Under the pieces are notes generated by a model. The model was not told the DNA's origin and did not search any database. It saw only the letters and a list, made by a program, of their open reading frames with translations. A stretch of DNA of 64,000 nt. Source: Takakia lepidozioides. Its lineage: Eukaryota > Plantae > Bryophyta. The position numbers and the translations under genes are program-made. Numbering within the stretch: the first letter of the stretch is position 1; each line of letters opens with the position of its first letter. The stretch spans positions 45,260,001-45,324,000 of the forward strand of contig CM060731.1 of the NCBI GenBank assembly GCA_030704615.1. Direction: 5' to 3'. Positions 61,606 through 64,000 of the stretch are shown here, piece after piece.

Positions 61606-64000
61606 TTACTGTTTCCGAGTAGCAAGCCTTTGTGAGTGAGCACCTTGTTGACGTTGAGAGTTTCGTGGTGGGCTGTGTGTACGAGCCCGAGGTCTGTCTC
61701 TGGTTGATGGAGATGGTTGATCACTACCTGGATAAGTGAGGCCTTCTGGAGGTTGATATCGAGGTAATCTTTCCGGCATAGGAGATCCCCTTTGTTTCTT
61801 CTCTTCCATCTGAATTGCATAGTCTTCTCCCATGTCAAAAGAATTTTGTGAAGAAACAGTTGTATCAGAATCCTCATCGCCTCTCAGGTGTTTTAATTTT
61901 CGAACTTTTTGTGGAATCATCTGGGGCATACAATGTTGTCCTACCATGTCTGGAAGTTTGCATTTTACAACCTGGTGTAACCGTTGAACAGCAAAATTGG
62001 TATAGACACTGAGCTCCTTGTCTGTCCAGATGAGTGGGGTACCAATTACTGGTGCCGCGTGCAAGTATTTCCATGCGATATGTCCCTTATAGAAAATGTC
62101 ATCAAGTCCAAATTTCTGTGTTGACAAATTGTTGCAGGCTGCTTGAAACCATGAACGAATTTGAGAATCCTTTTGTATCATAACTTTTGGGTCATATAGG
62201 TACATATGAGGTGGCACCGAAGGTAATACCCAATGATCTCCACTGGAGTAACTTTGAAAGCGTGCTTGCATCTTTTGTTGCTCTATGTGGTAACGTATCA
62301 GGAAACAAGCAGCGTAGTATAGCCCGCACCCCATGACAATACTTGCTATCTCCTTGGTCTTGGTATAAATGAGTCCATGTACAACCTGGAAAGCAACCAA
62401 TTCCCTCAACATGGTACCTGCCTCGTGCCAGTATTGTGCAAAGTGATGATCTTCAATATGTCGATTGTTTGGAAGAACTTTAGTCCTGGTTGCCACTGGC
62501 AGCCAGATACGCATGATTTGGTAGTAATGTGCGAATGACTGCGGAGGACTAAATTCTTTCCAAGCCAAATCCAACATGATGGGAATTTGGTTGAAGGGCA
62601 TAATCATAGCCCTACTGTACTCCCTGGCAGCTGGAGTTTTAGGTGGGTTAAAAGCTGCATTGCCCCATACCTCCGGCTGTGGTGGCTGTGGTGTGGTTGT
62701 AGTAACCACAGGTTCAGCTACTGGTACACTGACCTGTTGTGGTGGTGGTGGTACTGGTTCCTGTACCATTGGCATCTCCTGCACCTCCTGTGAAGACTGA
62801 AAAGCCAGAGTTCTGGCTTGCAAATAAGAAGCCATTAGTTGTTCCTGAGGGATATAGACTCTTTGGTCGATGTTTGAAGTGAGGTCTTCCACTTGAGTCT
62901 GGAGTCCGTCTACATCCTCTTGTAGCTCTGCTATCCTACTATAGACATTGTCTATAGTAGTTGTGGCAATGTTCTGCACCTGCAGTCTGAGCTCATTCAT
63001 CTCGCTTTGGGTGAGCTTCCGTGGGCTTTTGCCCTCTACTGGCCCTTGTGCTAACCAGACCTTCATAAGGCTGTTATCCACCAAGCTGCTTGTGGTTCCC
63101 CTGAGAGTTTGCTCCTCTCTTTGCTTATACAATTCCAACTGCTGTTGTAAAGCCTTCATGCGCTTCGCCTGTGGCTCAACCAATTGCGCATAGGCAGCAA
63201 GTAAATTATTGGCTTCTTTCGAAACCTTGTTACTGACCGCGATTTCATTTCTATTGGCCACGATGGTTTGTTGCAACTCCACGATGTATTTCTCATTCTC
63301 AGCTTCCATCTGCCTGTATTGCTTGAAAGTATCTTCATTGCGACAGATTGTATTCTTCATATCGACAATGAGCTTCATGTGCTCCACATTCTCTTCTTCT
63401 GCCTTCGTACATTTTTCCGCTTGACTGTTTATTTCTTTTGTTGATTGGTCAAGCATAGTTGTAAATGTAGCGCATTGTATCTCCATCCTGTTATGCACTG
63501 TCTGCAACTCCGTATGTAGTGCATTCAGTTCTTGTAACTTGCTTTCATGCTTCACCTGCATTTGGTATAGCTGTTGCTTATGTGCTTCGTGCAACTGGTC
63601 TTGCGCAAGGCCTGCTTCAATCAATTGTTGCTTGGCCAATTGCAAAGCCATTTCTGTATTGGCCAAGTCCTGCTTCATCTTGAGAGTGACCTCTTCATCG
63701 ACCTTATTTGAACACTCAGTGGCAAGTCGAGCCTCAAACTCCTTCCTGAGTTCTTCTTTCAAGGCTGTCAATTGGGTAATTGGAACATGGGTTTTGACAT
63801 AAGTCCCCAACAAATTAAGTGTCCTGCCTATGGAATTCATCAGCATTGCCTGTTGAGGGTCATCATGGTGAGGTTGCTGCTGTTCCTCCCGATCTTCAAC
63901 AGTATGATGTCTCACTAACCATTCAGACCATTGTCCCACCGGATTTTCTTCCTGAACTACTTCATTTATGACCGGTGCTACAGTGTCATGGCCTTCCGCC
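61606..64000 (-). CDS. Long uninterrupted ORF (>797 aa, start outside window), coiled-coil protein of unknown function
   Basis: No stop from the window edge to 61606; long E/Q/K/L heptad-rich region, Pro/Thr linker, ~250-aa globular segment, basic Ser/Pro tail; ends ~20 bp before the PPT. Confidence 0.75.
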   Translation of the reverse strand, partial: AEGHDTVAPVINEVVQEENPVGQWSEWLVRHHTVEDREEQQQPHHDDPQQAMLMNSIGRTLNLLGTYVKTHVPITQLTALKEELRKEFEARLATECSNKVDEEVTLKMKQDLANTEMALQLAKQQLIEAGLAQDQLHEAHKQQLYQMQVKHESKLQELNALHTELQTVHNRMEIQCATFTTMLDQSTKEINSQAEKCTKAEEENVEHMKLIVDMKNTICRNEDTFKQYRQMEAENEKYIVELQQTIVANRNEIAVSNKVSKEANNLLAAYAQLVEPQAKRMKALQQQLELYKQREEQTLRGTTSSLVDNSLMKVWLAQGPVEGKSPRKLTQSEMNELRLQVQNIATTTIDNVYSRIAELQEDVDGLQTQVEDLTSNIDQRVYIPQEQLMASYLQARTLAFQSSQEVQEMPMVQEPVPPPPQQVSVPVAEPVVTTTTPQPPQPEVWGNAAFNPPKTPAAREYSRAMIMPFNQIPIMLDLAWKEFSPPQSFAHYYQIMRIWLPVATRTKVLPNNRHIEDHHFAQYWHEAGTMLRELVAFQVVHGLIYTKTKEIASIVMGCGLYYAACFLIRYHIEQQKMQARFQSYSSGDHWVLPSVPPHMYLYDPKVMIQKDSQIRSWFQAACNNLSTQKFGLDDIFYKGHIAWKYLHAAPVIGTPLIWTDKELSVYTNFAVQRLHQVVKCKLPDMVGQHCMPQMIPQKVRKLKHLRGDEDSDTTVSSQNSFDMGEDYAIQMEEKKQRGSPMPERLPRYQPPEGLTYPGSDQPSPSTRDRPRARTHSPPRNSQRQQGAHSQRLATRKQ

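Noticed and set aside
61606-63939. Envelope glycoprotein
   Set aside because: Env-like position only; no clear transmembrane anchor or Cys-rich ectodomain visible.

Overview
Eukaryotic, almost certainly land-plant (bryophyte/lycophyte/fern-like; not resolvable further) nuclear DNA that is mostly nested transposon debris. Host genes: the 3' five exons of an apparently intact family-1 UDP-glycosyltransferase (1-2988) and a decayed, internally duplicated PLS-DYW PPR RNA-editing factor (19.4-33.6 kb, minus) split by a 10.2-kb insertion. That insertion is the most interesting object: a Ty3/Gypsy LTR retrotransposon whose polyprotein reads Gag-zinc knuckles-protease-DNA cytosine-5 methyltransferase (DNMT3-like)-RT-RNase H-integrase-PHD finger, i.e. 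a retroelement carrying both a DNA methylation writer and a histone reader. Two further rearranged relics of this family lie at 13.9-15.1 kb and 57.9-60.5 kb. Also present: two full-length chromodomain Gypsy elements with TSDs (one tRNA-Met primed, one with a Tf1-type self-priming signature), an LTR element with a long intact coiled-coil extra ORF running off the right edge, CACTA, pogo, hAT and Copia remnants, several MITEs, two copies of a tRNA-derived SINE, a SWIM-finger pseudogene and several tandem repeats. All calls come from reading motifs and repeats by eye; no database search was run.
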